Source: Bacteroidales bacterium (GTDB lineage: Bacteria; Bacteroidota; Bacteroidia; Bacteroidales; UBA3663). Taken from it: a DNA stretch of 56,134 nucleotides. Positions within the stretch are counted from its first letter, which is position 1. The number at the start of each line of letters is the position of its first letter. The position numbers and the translations under genes are program-made. The stretch spans positions 1 to 56,134 of the forward strand of contig JAGBQS010000051.1 of NCBI GenBank assembly GCA_017632695.1, given 5' to 3'. Below are positions 8,630 to 18,341 of the stretch, piece by piece. Below the pieces are notes generated by a model. The model did no database searches, was not told the DNA's origin, and worked only from the letters and a program-made list of their open reading frames with translations.

Positions 8630-9898
8630 ATGCATTTTCCGAAACTTTTGCGCAAATCTGCCAGCAACCAGCTCCTGCTATGGGGTGGAGCCTTGCTTGT
8701 CGGATCATTGTTGGGTTGTCTCAACCAGCCTTGGCTCAACAGTGGCTTCGATTTTGTGGCTTCCGTCTTTACCCGACTGTTCCAGTTTGTAGCGGTTCCT
8801 ACTATTGCATTGGCTGTCATCACCACGCTGTCGTCATTGGGCGAGCAACATAAGATGGGCAGGGTCTTTCTGCATACGCTGACGTTCACGCTGCTTACCA
8901 CTGTTTGTGCCGCAGGTGTGGGTCTGGGACTGTTTCTTTGGGTTCGTCCTGCTAATCTTCCTACCGATGTGGTGGCTTCTTTGGCCCAGTCGGCCGATGC
9001 GTTACCCGATGTTGCCAAGGCATCGTACTACGATCATATCCTGTCGGTAATACCCAACAATATTCTGTATCCGTTCCTGTCGGCTAATGTGCTCAGTATT
9101 CTCATCGTGGCATCAGCTATGGGTCTCACAATTGCTTATCTGCGTCGGAAAGCTGATGCTGAGCACCAGGTGAACGAACCCGTTGAAACGGTCCTGAAGG
9201 TAATTGTGGGTCTTCAGGAGCTGTTATTTGCCATGATCCGGGCTTTGGTAAAGGTACTGCCTGTCGGCATTGTGGCTTTTGCCGGTCAGTTGGTGGCTCA
9301 GGTTGAGGGCGGTATCATAGTCGGCTCGTTGGGAACCTATACTTTGGTTATATTGGCGGCTAATCTGTTGCAGTTCTTCGTAGTCCTGCCCTTGTTCCTG
9401 CTTGTACGCGGACTTAACCCATGGCGGGTACTCAGGGCAATGACGCCCGCAGTACTGATGGCGTTGTTCACCAAGAGTTCGGCTGCCACGCTGCCAGTTA
9501 CCATCCGGTCGGCCGAAGAGAGGTTAGGGGTGAACCGTTCCGTATCGCGATTCGTACTTCCCATTTGCTGCACGGTTAACATGAACGGCTGTGCTACCTT
9601 TATATTGGTCACCTCGCTTTATGTGATGCAGAACGGCGGGACGGAACTGAGTATTGGCTCCATGATTCTGTGGCTGCTCATATCTGTCATTTCGGCGGTT
9701 GGAAATGCCGGCGTGCCGATGGGCTGCTATTTCCTGACCCTTTCGCTCATGGCTGGCATCCAGTCGCCGGCATTGGGTATCATGGGCATTATTCTGCCGA
9801 TCTTTACGGTTATCGATATGATCGAGACGGCTGAGAATGTGTGGAGTGACAGCTGTGTCTGTGCCATTGTTGACAAGCAGACAAAGAATTCAAAATAA
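8630..9898 (+). CDS. Dicarboxylate/amino acid:cation symporter (DAACS family)
   Basis: 422 aa polytopic membrane protein. Family motifs are TKSSAATLPVT, TVNMNGCA, VGNAGVPMG and DMIETAENVWSD. Confidence 0.9.
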   Translation: MHFPKLLRKSASNQLLLWGGALLVGSLLGCLNQPWLNSGFDFVASVFTRLFQFVAVPTIALAVITTLSSLGEQHKMGRVFLHTLTFTLLTTVCAAGVGLGLFLWVRPANLPTDVVASLAQSADALPDVAKASYYDHILSVIPNNILYPFLSANVLSILIVASAMGLTIAYLRRKADAEHQVNEPVETVLKVIVGLQELLFAMIRALVKVLPVGIVAFAGQLVAQVEGGIIVGSLGTYTLVILAANLLQFFVVLPLFLLVRGLNPWRVLRAMTPAVLMALFTKSSAATLPVTIRSAEERLGVNRSVSRFVLPICCTVNMNGCATFILVTSLYVMQNGGTELSIGSMILWLLISVISAVGNAGVPMGCYFLTLSLMAGIQSPALGIMGIILPIFTVIDMIETAENVWSDSCVCAIVDKQTKNSK

Positions 9899-9922
9899 GT
9901 TAAGACGTAATTATTTGAATGT

Positions 9923-10240
9923 ATGAAAAAGATCATCCTCCTGGCCGTATTTGGCTTGTTGGCAACCGGTTCGTGGGCAGAAAACCTTCAGAAAGTTGTT
10001 TTTACTTCCGAACCGAAGATGGTTTGCCAGAACTGCGAGAATAACATCAAGAAGACAGCCCGCTTTGTGAAGGGCACCAAACTGATTGAGACTTCGCTGG
10101 CTGATCAGACCATCACCATTATATACGATGCCGATAAGGCCAAGCCAGCCGACTACGAAAAGGCTCTGCTTCGCATCAAACGCCAGCTGAAGGTGGTACA
10201 GGATCCGGTGCCCTATAAGGCTGATACTCCAAAACAGTAA
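9923..10240 (+). CDS. Secreted heavy-metal-associated (HMA) domain protein
   Basis: 105 aa. A signal peptide (MKKIILLAVFGLLATGSWA) is followed by the metal-binding motif MVCQNCENNIKK in a ferredoxin-like fold length. Confidence 0.8.
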   Translation: MKKIILLAVFGLLATGSWAENLQKVVFTSEPKMVCQNCENNIKKTARFVKGTKLIETSLADQTITIIYDADKAKPADYEKALLRIKRQLKVVQDPVPYKADTPKQ

Positions 10241-10252
10241 AGGCTGCGAATG

Positions 10253-10300
10253 AAATTACCCTGCCGCAAGTGAAACGATCCATTTGCTGCAGGGTAATTT
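10253..10300. terminator. Bidirectional hairpin terminator between convergent genes
   Basis: A 12-bp stem pairs aaattaccctgc (10253-10264) with gcagggtaattt (10289-10300). A/T runs flank it on both sides. Confidence 0.7.
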
Positions 10301-10351
10301 AGGATGCTCCATAAGGAGTATTAGCTGATAATCTGTATCAGCAGAGAACCA

Positions 10352-11422
10352 TTAATCGAAGATAGCCTTTGAAGCGTTGACACCGCCAATGTCACTGTAG
10401 CTGACCCAGCTGCTGCCTTTGCGGTCGGTTACATACAGGACAGAGTTGGTATAGTAGTCGGAGGTGCCGACGAAGATTTCTCCGTTCTTGGGATTAACGG
10501 CAAACAGGTAGAGGCTGATGTCGGAGAGCTTAGCCGAGATAGTATCGTTGGCAAAGACGGGCTCAGAGCTGACTGCCTTCTTCTGGAGGTCATACTTAAA
10601 GAACGAAGTCTCGTAGGTGTAAGTGGGGTAGTCAGGCACGCAGTTGGCGAAATATACATACTTGCCATCGGCAGAAAGAGTCATGTGGCTTGCTTCTTCA
10701 ACAGTTTCGACCTGGAAACGGTTGTTGACATCGATGCTCGAGATGGTGGAGATAGCCGACGAATAATCCGATGTGTAGGCTGTAGTCTTGACCAGCACTT
10801 TGCCGGTTCCGGTAGCCAGCAGGGTAGAGGGGTTGTTGGGGACGGTAACATCCTGCACAGCCTCGAAAGTAGTCAGATCAATAACCGTAACGGTATTGCC
10901 ATAGCCATAATCGGAGTTGGCTGCCAAAAGATAATTGCCCTCGATGGCAAGACCTTCGGTATAAGAGCCGACTCCTACTTCAGCCTGCAGGGAAAGATCG
11001 GTGAGCGAGAGCTTGAGCACCTTGCTCTGGTAAGTGGAAACATAGAGATACTTGCCATCGGAAGCCAGATAGCGTGGCTGGTTGACGGTCTGGCGGCACT
11101 CTTCCTTGAAGGTGTCTTCGTTAAGTTTGCAGACGTAGTTCGAACCATGGACACTTACATAATAAGTGTCTTTGACCTCGATAATGTCCTGACCCGTATC
11201 GCCCATATACTGGCCGTTGGCCTGGTAATAGACATCGGCGTTGATTTCACCTTTACGGAACTCGGTCAGATCCGAATTGTTGTGTCCGTAACTGCCTTCG
11301 TAGAGAATGACGGCTTCGGACTTAGGGGTGTAATCACCGTTTTTTACAGATACTTCATCATCGTCGCTACAAGAAGCGAACAGGCAAGCAAAGATGCTTA
11401 CGAATAAAGAAAGTTTCTTCAT
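10352..11422 (-). CDS. BtuG-like / YncE-like beta-propeller surface lipoprotein
   Basis: 356 aa with lipobox LFASC-SDDDEV. Repeated blade-like segments are present (YYVSVHGSNYV, KYLYVSTYQSKV, GNYLLAANSDYG, GKYVYFAN, GEIFVGTSDYY). It lies immediately downstream of a cobalamin-riboswitch-controlled TBDR. Confidence 0.7.
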   Translation of the reverse strand: MKKLSLFVSIFACLFASCSDDDEVSVKNGDYTPKSEAVILYEGSYGHNNSDLTEFRKGEINADVYYQANGQYMGDTGQDIIEVKDTYYVSVHGSNYVCKLNEDTFKEECRQTVNQPRYLASDGKYLYVSTYQSKVLKLSLTDLSLQAEVGVGSYTEGLAIEGNYLLAANSDYGYGNTVTVIDLTTFEAVQDVTVPNNPSTLLATGTGKVLVKTTAYTSDYSSAISTISSIDVNNRFQVETVEEASHMTLSADGKYVYFANCVPDYPTYTYETSFFKYDLQKKAVSSEPVFANDTISAKLSDISLYLFAVNPKNGEIFVGTSDYYTNSVLYVTDRKGSSWVSYSDIGGVNASKAIFD

Positions 11423-11474
11423 TGTTTTGTTTTTTGATTGGGTTGTTAATAATATGGTTTGTTAAAACATGTTT

Positions 11475-13430
11475 CTAATGCCTGATTCTTACAGATATCC
11501 GATACTGTCTGCCCGGCATGGGATAGTATTGGATGAGCGAGTACTGCTCGTCCGTAAGATTCTGTACCGTAGCCTGCAACTCCAGCCACTTCCAGTTGCG
11601 TGATACAGAGATGCTGTGTTCGCTGAAAGGTTCCAGCCGATACCGGAAGGTGTTCATGGTGGAGCTGTAACGTTCGGAGGTCCATTGTGCTGAATACCCC
11701 ACGTTCAGCCAAGGGGTCCGGATGATAAGCATGCCATTGGCAGTGTGGCGGGGCATATAGGGCAGAGGCTTCCGATAAGTGTTAGGGTTTTGCGGATTGT
11801 CGAGGTTGCGTGTGTCTTGCAACTGGTAGTTGGCCGACAGTTCCATCGGGCAATGAGGAACCGGAAACAAAATATGAGTGGAAACTTCGATTCCCTGACT
11901 TACCGCTTCGCCCAGATTGCCTACTTTCCAGGCAAACGCTGTCGGAAAGGCGATGAGTTTGTCTTTAACGCGATAGTGGTAAACATCGGCTGTTGCCGAC
12001 ATCCGTATTTGCCGCAGGGAGCCGGAGTATGTGAGGCCGATATTATGCTCGCGAGCTTTTTCCGGATTGAGGTTATGGTTGCCAAGCACATAGTAATAAG
12101 TCTCGTTGAAGGTAGGGAGACGGAATGCCACTCTCGACATCCACCTTAACCGCACGTCGTGGTCGGGATTGCTCCAAAGCGGAACCGAGGCAGCAATGGT
12201 TGGTGACCAGGCGCTATGGTTCCGATTCTCTTCGGAACTGATAGTGTAAAGCAGTCCGCCCTGAATCTGATATTTCCGATAGGAAGCATCTGTTCGGAGA
12301 ACACCATAGTGGGTGGTTCTCTGTACGCTATGGGCAGTACTCAGATTACTGTGAAGAGAAGCAAGAAGCACGTCGTAGAGCAGACTGAAGCGTACCCGGA
12401 TTGGACCCGCCTCCAAACTTTTCATGGCACCTGCGGATCCGTAATATTCGTTTTGCCGATAGTTGTAGACGTGCTGTACGGATGCAGTTTCGGTGGGTTG
12501 TTGCTGTCCGTCGTTGTAATGCGTCATGGCGTGGTTATATTTGGTACGGATTACCAAAGTCCAATGTCTGCTGAATTCCCGCTGGTACTTTGCCTGAAGA
12601 AGCCCGTTTGCCTCGCGCATGTGCTCGTGCGTTTCATAATTATATAGCACAACACTACCTGGCAGACGGCGGTCATTGAAATACCCGGCTCCTTTTATCT
12701 GCCAGCATCCCTTATGATAATTCAATTCCGTGTTCAGGTCGTCCACACGTCCGTTGTGCCTGCGTTCATTCAGTTTTTTGTCGCCGTTATTAAGCGTGAA
12801 GGGATAGTTCCCGTCGGTATGCCGATAGTTGGTATGGGCTGAAAGTCCGTTCTTCCATGCAAAGGAAGTCATCGCATTCAGGGTATTCCACGAACCGTAA
12901 GATGCACAGAACAGGTTACTGCTTTGTGATGTGAGAGAAATAAGTCCGCTATAACAGTCGACGGCTGCCGGTGTAAGCAGATCGGAAGAGGTGCCGATTC
13001 CCAATCGGATTTCGCTGAGTTGCTGGCTTCCGAAGCGGGCAACGTCGATCTGTCCTGCCTGTGCGTTGCTGACAGGGATTCCATCGTACAAAACACCTGT
13101 ATGCGTGGCACCCAGATTGCGAATGGATACCGTCTTCATACCGCCCAGTCCTCCATAGTCCTTTACCGAAATGCCGTTCATGAGTTTCAGGGCTTCGCCA
13201 ACTTCCGTGATGCCGAGACGCTGAAGGGCTTCGGAGTGGAGGCTTTGCTGGGGAGTAGCTGTTGTTGTGCTGGTGCGTACAACTGTTGCCGTGGCCTCGA
13301 CAGAGGTCTCGGATAGGGTTCGTGTAGAGATACTATCGGTCGCAACGCCCATAGTGAGCGCAGCAAACACAAGTAGCAGCATAGAGCAGAATTGTGTTAA
13401 CTGATTAAACGGCGTCCGTCCTCCGTACAT
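11475..13430 (-). CDS. TonB-dependent receptor, cobalamin-regulated (BtuB-like)
   Basis: 651 aa. The plug is GEALKLMNGISVKDYGGLGGMKTVSIRNLGATHTGVLYDGIPVSN. The barrel ends YRISVRIRH. A B12 riboswitch sits in the 5' leader. Confidence 0.85.
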   Translation of the reverse strand: MYGGRTPFNQLTQFCSMLLLVFAALTMGVATDSISTRTLSETSVEATATVVRTSTTTATPQQSLHSEALQRLGITEVGEALKLMNGISVKDYGGLGGMKTVSIRNLGATHTGVLYDGIPVSNAQAGQIDVARFGSQQLSEIRLGIGTSSDLLTPAAVDCYSGLISLTSQSSNLFCASYGSWNTLNAMTSFAWKNGLSAHTNYRHTDGNYPFTLNNGDKKLNERRHNGRVDDLNTELNYHKGCWQIKGAGYFNDRRLPGSVVLYNYETHEHMREANGLLQAKYQREFSRHWTLVIRTKYNHAMTHYNDGQQQPTETASVQHVYNYRQNEYYGSAGAMKSLEAGPIRVRFSLLYDVLLASLHSNLSTAHSVQRTTHYGVLRTDASYRKYQIQGGLLYTISSEENRNHSAWSPTIAASVPLWSNPDHDVRLRWMSRVAFRLPTFNETYYYVLGNHNLNPEKAREHNIGLTYSGSLRQIRMSATADVYHYRVKDKLIAFPTAFAWKVGNLGEAVSQGIEVSTHILFPVPHCPMELSANYQLQDTRNLDNPQNPNTYRKPLPYMPRHTANGMLIIRTPWLNVGYSAQWTSERYSSTMNTFRYRLEPFSEHSISVSRNWKWLELQATVQNLTDEQYSLIQYYPMPGRQYRISVRIRH

Positions 13431-13439
13431 CGCGGAGTC

Positions 13440-13620
13440 TTGGTCACGGACACTGTGCAGCAGGTCTTCCGGCTAAGGCGACATTCAGAATGCTTCGCGG
13501 CCTTCCCATCCGTTAACAAAGATAGTGGCGTAGTGCGAAACAGTCGCTTACGGCTGCGGGACAGCTCCAGATTCTGACTGGATTCCCTTTTGAGCAAGCT
13601 TGGTTAGGACTTGCACTGCA
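13440..13620 (-). promoter_or_regulatory. Cobalamin (B12) riboswitch
   Basis: The minus-strand RNA contains AAAAGGGAAUCCAGUCAGAAUCUGGAGCUGUCCCGCAGCCGUAAG (core, plus-strand about 13536-13591). It also contains the B12 box AGCCGGAAGACCUGCUG (plus-strand about 13458-13474), just upstream of the receptor ATG. Confidence 0.85.
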
Positions 13621-13630
13621 ACAGTATTTA

Positions 13631-14344
13631 TTATGTTGAGGTAACGGCCAGAATGCCGTTGCCAATACCCCAAACTGCAATGATGAACATAATGACAGCT
13701 ATGGAGCGGTTGATGACCATGAGGGTGCGCAGTTTGAAATGATTGCGTACCTTATTGATTATCCAGGTGATGAGTAGCCACCAGCAGATAGCACCGGCAG
13801 CTATACTCACAAAGAAAAGCAGGTAAATGCCCCAACGCTCATCGCCCGCAACGAAAATAAAGCCGGCTCTTGAAAATAGCATCAGGTAGAAGAAAACGAT
13901 AGCCGGATTGCTGACAGTCAGTCCAAAACCCGAAAAGAAGAATTTCAGGACACTCCAGCCAGGTACTTTGCTTACCTTACGAACCTCAGAAGCCGAAAGC
14001 AGGGGCCCTTTGTTGGGTTCCTTGCTGTTCAGCGCTGAGGCCGGATTGCTTTGCCATAGGTAAATGCCATAGCCACCAATCAGGATGCCGCCGGCAAAAA
14101 GCAGCAGTGTCTGGTGATCATCAATCCAACTGACAACAAGGCTGACGGCAAAAGTCGACAGTAACGCATAGAACAGGTCGCTGAGTACCGCTCCCATGCC
14201 AGTAAACAAACCGGGAAGCCAGCCTCTATTGAGCGTGCGCTGAATGACCAGAATACCGGTCGGTCCCATAGGTGCCGAAACCAGAATTCCGAACATCATT
14301 CCCCAAAGAAGGGTGAATATTGCCGTCGCAAACAGTTGCTCCAT
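13631..14344 (-). CDS. LysE/RhtB-family amino-acid exporter
   Basis: 237 aa with about 6 TM segments. The N-terminal family signature is FGILVSAPMGPTGILVIQRTLNRGWLPGLFTGMGAVLSDLFY. Confidence 0.88.
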   Translation of the reverse strand: MEQLFATAIFTLLWGMMFGILVSAPMGPTGILVIQRTLNRGWLPGLFTGMGAVLSDLFYALLSTFAVSLVVSWIDDHQTLLLFAGGILIGGYGIYLWQSNPASALNSKEPNKGPLLSASEVRKVSKVPGWSVLKFFFSGFGLTVSNPAIVFFYLMLFSRAGFIFVAGDERWGIYLLFFVSIAAGAICWWLLITWIINKVRNHFKLRTLMVINRSIAVIMFIIAVWGIGNGILAVTST

Positions 14345-14390
14345 TGCCGTATTTAGGTTACTTTTATGCCTTTATTACATGAAATATGGG

Positions 14391-14398
14391 CAAAGATA
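14391..14398 (-). promoter_or_regulatory. -7 promoter box (TATCTTTG on the minus strand) for the LysE-family gene
   Basis: TAnnTTTG match about 47 nt upstream of the ATG at 14344. Confidence 0.45.
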
Positions 14399-14442
14399 GC
14401 AATTATTTTTGTTTTTTGTACATTTATTTGAAAAAAAATAGT

Positions 14443-14450
14443 TATTTTTG
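14443..14450 (+). promoter_or_regulatory. -7 promoter box (TATTTTTG) for purL
   Basis: TAnnTTTG match about 72 nt upstream of the ATG at 14522. Confidence 0.45.
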
Positions 14451-14521
14451 CCGCGTAATTAGGAATTTCACCCTTTTTGCACCCGAAAACTGACATTTTA
14501 AATTAAATTGATTCATTAGAA

Positions 14522-17500
14522 ATGGTTTTTTTCTTCAAACAGCCGTCTGAGACAGTGCTTGCTGTGGCTGTCAATCATCAACTCGATGCCGAGGAGACTA
14601 ATCGCCTGTGTTGGCTCTTTAGTGGTGCCACGCTTCTGACTACCGACTCTCTGAAAGGTTGGTATGTGGGACCACGTCGTGAAATGATTACTCCATGGAG
14701 TACAAATGCTGTCGAGATTACTCAGAATATGGGGCTTGGCGGCATTGCGCGTATTGAGGAGTACTTCCCGGTAAAGGGCCCGGATGCGACTTATGACCCT
14801 ATGCTGCAGCGTCTGTACGATGGAGTCGGTCAGGATTGCTTCACCATCGACAAGCAGCCGGATCCTATCGTGTATATTGAAAATCTGGAGGAGTACAACA
14901 AGAAGGAAGGCTTGGCTCTTTCGCCTGAAGAAATTGACTATTTGAACAACGTTGCCAAACGGGTGGGCCGTCCGCTTACCGATAGCGAGGTATTCGGTTT
15001 CAGTCAGGTTAATTCGGAGCATTGCCGTCACAAGATTTTCGGAGGTACTTTTATTATCGATGGCGAGGAGAAGCCTTCGAGCCTCTTCAGTCTCATCAAG
15101 CTTACTTCGAAGGAGCATCCCGGTGCGCTGGTGAGCGCTTATAAGGACAATGTCGCCTTCAATCGCGGACCAGTCATTGAACAGTTTGCTCCGGCAGATC
15201 CGACTACAGCCTCTGAATTTGAGGTGAAGGACTTTGAATCTGTTATTTCGCTGAAAGCCGAGACCCACAACTTCCCAACTACAGTAGAACCATTCAATGG
15301 CGCTGCTACAGGTACGGGTGGTGAAATCCGTGACCGAATGGGTGGCGGAAAGGCTTCAATGCCGATTGCAGGTACGGCTGTCTATATTACCAGCTATCCG
15401 CGCAACGATGAGGAAAAGACTTGGGAAAACGGAATGCAGGAACGTCCGTGGCTGTACCAGACACCGGAACAGGTGCTGATTAAGGCGTCGAATGGCGCTT
15501 CGGACTTCGGTAACAAATTCGGACAGCCGCTGATTTGCGGTTCATTGCTGACATACGAATTCCAGAGCGACGAGAATGTTCCCAATGCTCCTAAATACGG
15601 ATTCGATAAGGTTATCATGCTGGCAGGAGGCGTTGGCTACGGCAAGTTGCGCGATGCTCTGAAAGGTGAACCGGAGCCGGGTGAAAAGGTCATCCTGATT
15701 GGCGGTGACAACTATCGTATCGGTATGGGTGGCGGTGCAGTTTCGTCGGTAAATACCGGTAAGTATGCATCGGGCATCGAACTGAATGCCGTGCAGCGCG
15801 CCAACCCTGAGATGCAGAAGCGTGCATACAATGTGGTACGTGCTTTGGGCGAGAGCGACAACAATCCGATTGTTTCGATTCACGACCATGGTGCAGGCGG
15901 ACACATCAACTGCCTGTCTGAGCTGATCGATGCTACGGGCGGAAAGATCTGGATGGACAAGTTGCCTATTGGCGATCCGACCTTGAGCGCCAAGGAAATT
16001 GCCGGCAACGAGAGTCAGGAACGTATGGGCTTCCTGGTTAAGGATGAAGCTATCGACTACTGCCGAAAGATTGCTGAGCGTGAACGTTCGCCATTCTATG
16101 TGATCGGTGAAGCTACGAACGATATGCGCTTCTGTTTTGAGGAGGCCGATGGAACCAAACCGATTGACTTGAGTTTGGCAGATATGTTCGGACATGCTCC
16201 GAAGACTTATATGCGCGACACAACCGTTGAGCATAAGTACCAGCCTGTTTCGGCCGATGTCAAGGACTTGCAGAAGTACATCCGCAATGTGCTGCGCCTG
16301 GAGTCGGTGGCTTGTAAGGACTGGCTGACTAACAAAGTGGACCGATCCGTAACCGGTAAGGTGGCACGTCAGCAGTGTCAGGGAGTCATTCAGTTGCCAC
16401 TCAGCGATTGCGGTGTTGTTGCCCTCGACTACCGCGGAAAGTCCGGTATCGCCACTTCTATCGGACATGCTCCTGCTGTGGCTTTGGCCGATGCTCCTGC
16501 CGGATCTGTAATGGCTATTGCCGAGGCGCTGACTAATCTGGTTTTCGCACCGATTAAGGACGGAATTCAGGGCGTTTCTTTGAGCGCCAACTGGATGTGG
16601 CCATGCCGTAATGCAGGTGAGGATGCCCGTCTGTACAGCGCTGTAGAGGCTGCCTCAGATTTTGCTATCGCACTCAACCTGAACATCCCTACGGGAAAGG
16701 ATTCCCTTTCGATGACCCAGCAGTATAATAAACCGGACGGAACCAGCGAGAAGGTAATCAGCCCCGGAACTGTTATTATCAGTGGCGGTGCAGAGGTAAC
16801 GGATGTCCGTAAGGTGGTTAGCCCGGTAGTTCAGCTTGATCATAGTTCTGTGCTTTATTATGTCGACGTCTCGTTCTGCGAGCATCGCTTAGGCGGTTCT
16901 GCTTTGGCACAGACAGAAAACAAGGTGGGCGACAGTGTTCCGACCGTCGAGAACCCTGAATATTTTGCAGATGCTTTCGATGCCGTTCAGGACGCTATCA
17001 AGTCTGATTTGGTTCTGGCTGGACATGATATCTCGGCAGGAGGTATGCTGACAACCTTGCTTGAGATGTGTTTCGCCAATACAGAAGGCGGTCTGCGAAT
17101 CAACCTGAGTGAACTGGCAGAGAAGGATATCGTCAAGATTCTGTTTGCTGAGAATCCAGGTGTTATCTTGCAGGTAAAGGATACCAAGTCTTTCGAGAAA
17201 CTCATGAACAAGGCAGGCGTGGCTATTGCCAAGATCGGTTATCCTTGTCAGGAGCGGACTGTTAATATCCGCAAGGACAATTTCTCGGAGGATTTCGATA
17301 TCGATACTCTTCGCGACGTTTGGTATGAATCTTCATACTTGCTTGATCGCAAGCAGAGTGGTGAGGTTAAGGCCAAAGAGCGTTTCGAAAATTATAAGAA
17401 ACAGCCTCTGTATTATATCTGGCCAAAGGATTTTACCGGTAAGTTCAGTCAGTATGGAATCGATCCGAACCGCCGTCATAAGACGGGTGTGAAGGCTGCC

Positions 17501-18286
17501 ATTATCCGAGAGAAAGGCGTGAACTCTGAGCGGGAGATGGCATATTCGATGTATCTGGCAGGATTCGATGTGAAGGATGTGCATATTACGGACTTGATTT
17601 CGGGTCGGGAAGATTTGTCGGATGTTAACCTGATTGTGTTCTGCGGCGGTTTCTCGAACTCAGACGTATTGGGTTCGGCAAAGGGTTGGGCTGCCGGCTT
17701 CTTGTATAACGAGAAGGCTCGTAAGGCACTGCAGAACTTCTATGCACGTCCCGACACATTGTCTTTGGGTATCTGTAACGGATGTCAGCTGATGATTGAA
17801 CTGGGCTTGGTCGGCTCAAACCTTGATGCCAAATGCCCGGACCTGTTGACGGCGGCTCAGAATCCGGATCGTGTTCACATGCTCCACAACGACAGCCATA
17901 AGTTTGAATCGAACTTCGTCAATGTTCGCATCCCGAAAAACGACAGCGTAATGCTTGGTTCTTTAAGCGGTGCCCGTATCGGTATTTGGACGGCTCATGG
18001 TGAAGGAAAGTTCGGCTTGCCTGCAGGTAAGACTCCCGATGACTACAAGGTGGTAGCTAAATATGGTTACACGAATTATCCGGCTAATCCGAATGGTTCG
18101 ATTGACGGATTGGCTGGCATCTGTTCGGTAGATGGCCGACATCTGGCAATGATGCCGCATCCGGAGCGAGCCATGTTCCCGTGGCAGTGCGGCTATTATC
18201 CGCAAGACCATCAGGGCGATGATGTTACGCCGTGGATTGAAATCTTTGTAAATGCGCGTAAGTGGGTTATGAAGAATAAAAAATAG
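14522..18286 (+). CDS. purL: Phosphoribosylformylglycinamidine (FGAM) synthase, single-chain large form
   Basis: 1254 aa. Motifs are ETHNFPTTVEPFNGAATGTGGEIRD, HDHGAGGHINCLSEL, the C-terminal glutaminase domain GICNGCQLM and MMPHPER. Confidence 0.97.
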   Translation: MVFFFKQPSETVLAVAVNHQLDAEETNRLCWLFSGATLLTTDSLKGWYVGPRREMITPWSTNAVEITQNMGLGGIARIEEYFPVKGPDATYDPMLQRLYDGVGQDCFTIDKQPDPIVYIENLEEYNKKEGLALSPEEIDYLNNVAKRVGRPLTDSEVFGFSQVNSEHCRHKIFGGTFIIDGEEKPSSLFSLIKLTSKEHPGALVSAYKDNVAFNRGPVIEQFAPADPTTASEFEVKDFESVISLKAETHNFPTTVEPFNGAATGTGGEIRDRMGGGKASMPIAGTAVYITSYPRNDEEKTWENGMQERPWLYQTPEQVLIKASNGASDFGNKFGQPLICGSLLTYEFQSDENVPNAPKYGFDKVIMLAGGVGYGKLRDALKGEPEPGEKVILIGGDNYRIGMGGGAVSSVNTGKYASGIELNAVQRANPEMQKRAYNVVRALGESDNNPIVSIHDHGAGGHINCLSELIDATGGKIWMDKLPIGDPTLSAKEIAGNESQERMGFLVKDEAIDYCRKIAERERSPFYVIGEATNDMRFCFEEADGTKPIDLSLADMFGHAPKTYMRDTTVEHKYQPVSADVKDLQKYIRNVLRLESVACKDWLTNKVDRSVTGKVARQQCQGVIQLPLSDCGVVALDYRGKSGIATSIGHAPAVALADAPAGSVMAIAEALTNLVFAPIKDGIQGVSLSANWMWPCRNAGEDARLYSAVEAASDFAIALNLNIPTGKDSLSMTQQYNKPDGTSEKVISPGTVIISGGAEVTDVRKVVSPVVQLDHSSVLYYVDVSFCEHRLGGSALAQTENKVGDSVPTVENPEYFADAFDAVQDAIKSDLVLAGHDISAGGMLTTLLEMCFANTEGGLRINLSELAEKDIVKILFAENPGVILQVKDTKSFEKLMNKAGVAIAKIGYPCQERTVNIRKDNFSEDFDIDTLRDVWYESSYLLDRKQSGEVKAKERFENYKKQPLYYIWPKDFTGKFSQYGIDPNRRHKTGVKAAIIREKGVNSEREMAYSMYLAGFDVKDVHITDLISGREDLSDVNLIVFCGGFSNSDVLGSAKGWAAGFLYNEKARKALQNFYARPDTLSLGICNGCQLMIELGLVGSNLDAKCPDLLTAAQNPDRVHMLHNDSHKFESNFVNVRIPKNDSVMLGSLSGARIGIWTAHGEGKFGLPAGKTPDDYKVVAKYGYTNYPANPNGSIDGLAGICSVDGRHLAMMPHPERAMFPWQCGYYPQDHQGDDVTPWIEIFVNARKWVMKNKK

Positions 18287-18341
18287 GTTCTTTGTTCACT
18301 TAAGTCGCTCACAGAACGGCATATCAATCCGCCTAAATACT

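Noticed and set aside
10685-11407. 240-aa plus-strand ORF opposite the BtuG-like gene
   Set aside because: It is antisense to a gene with a lipobox, propeller repeats and riboswitch-operon context. The ORF has no signal, motif or promoter.
14516-16468. Long minus-strand ORFs (250 aa at 14516-15268 and 308 aa at 15542-16468) antisense to purL
   Set aside because: They lie entirely within the strongly supported purL frame. They have no recognisable family motifs and their composition is typical of antisense read-through of a long gene.
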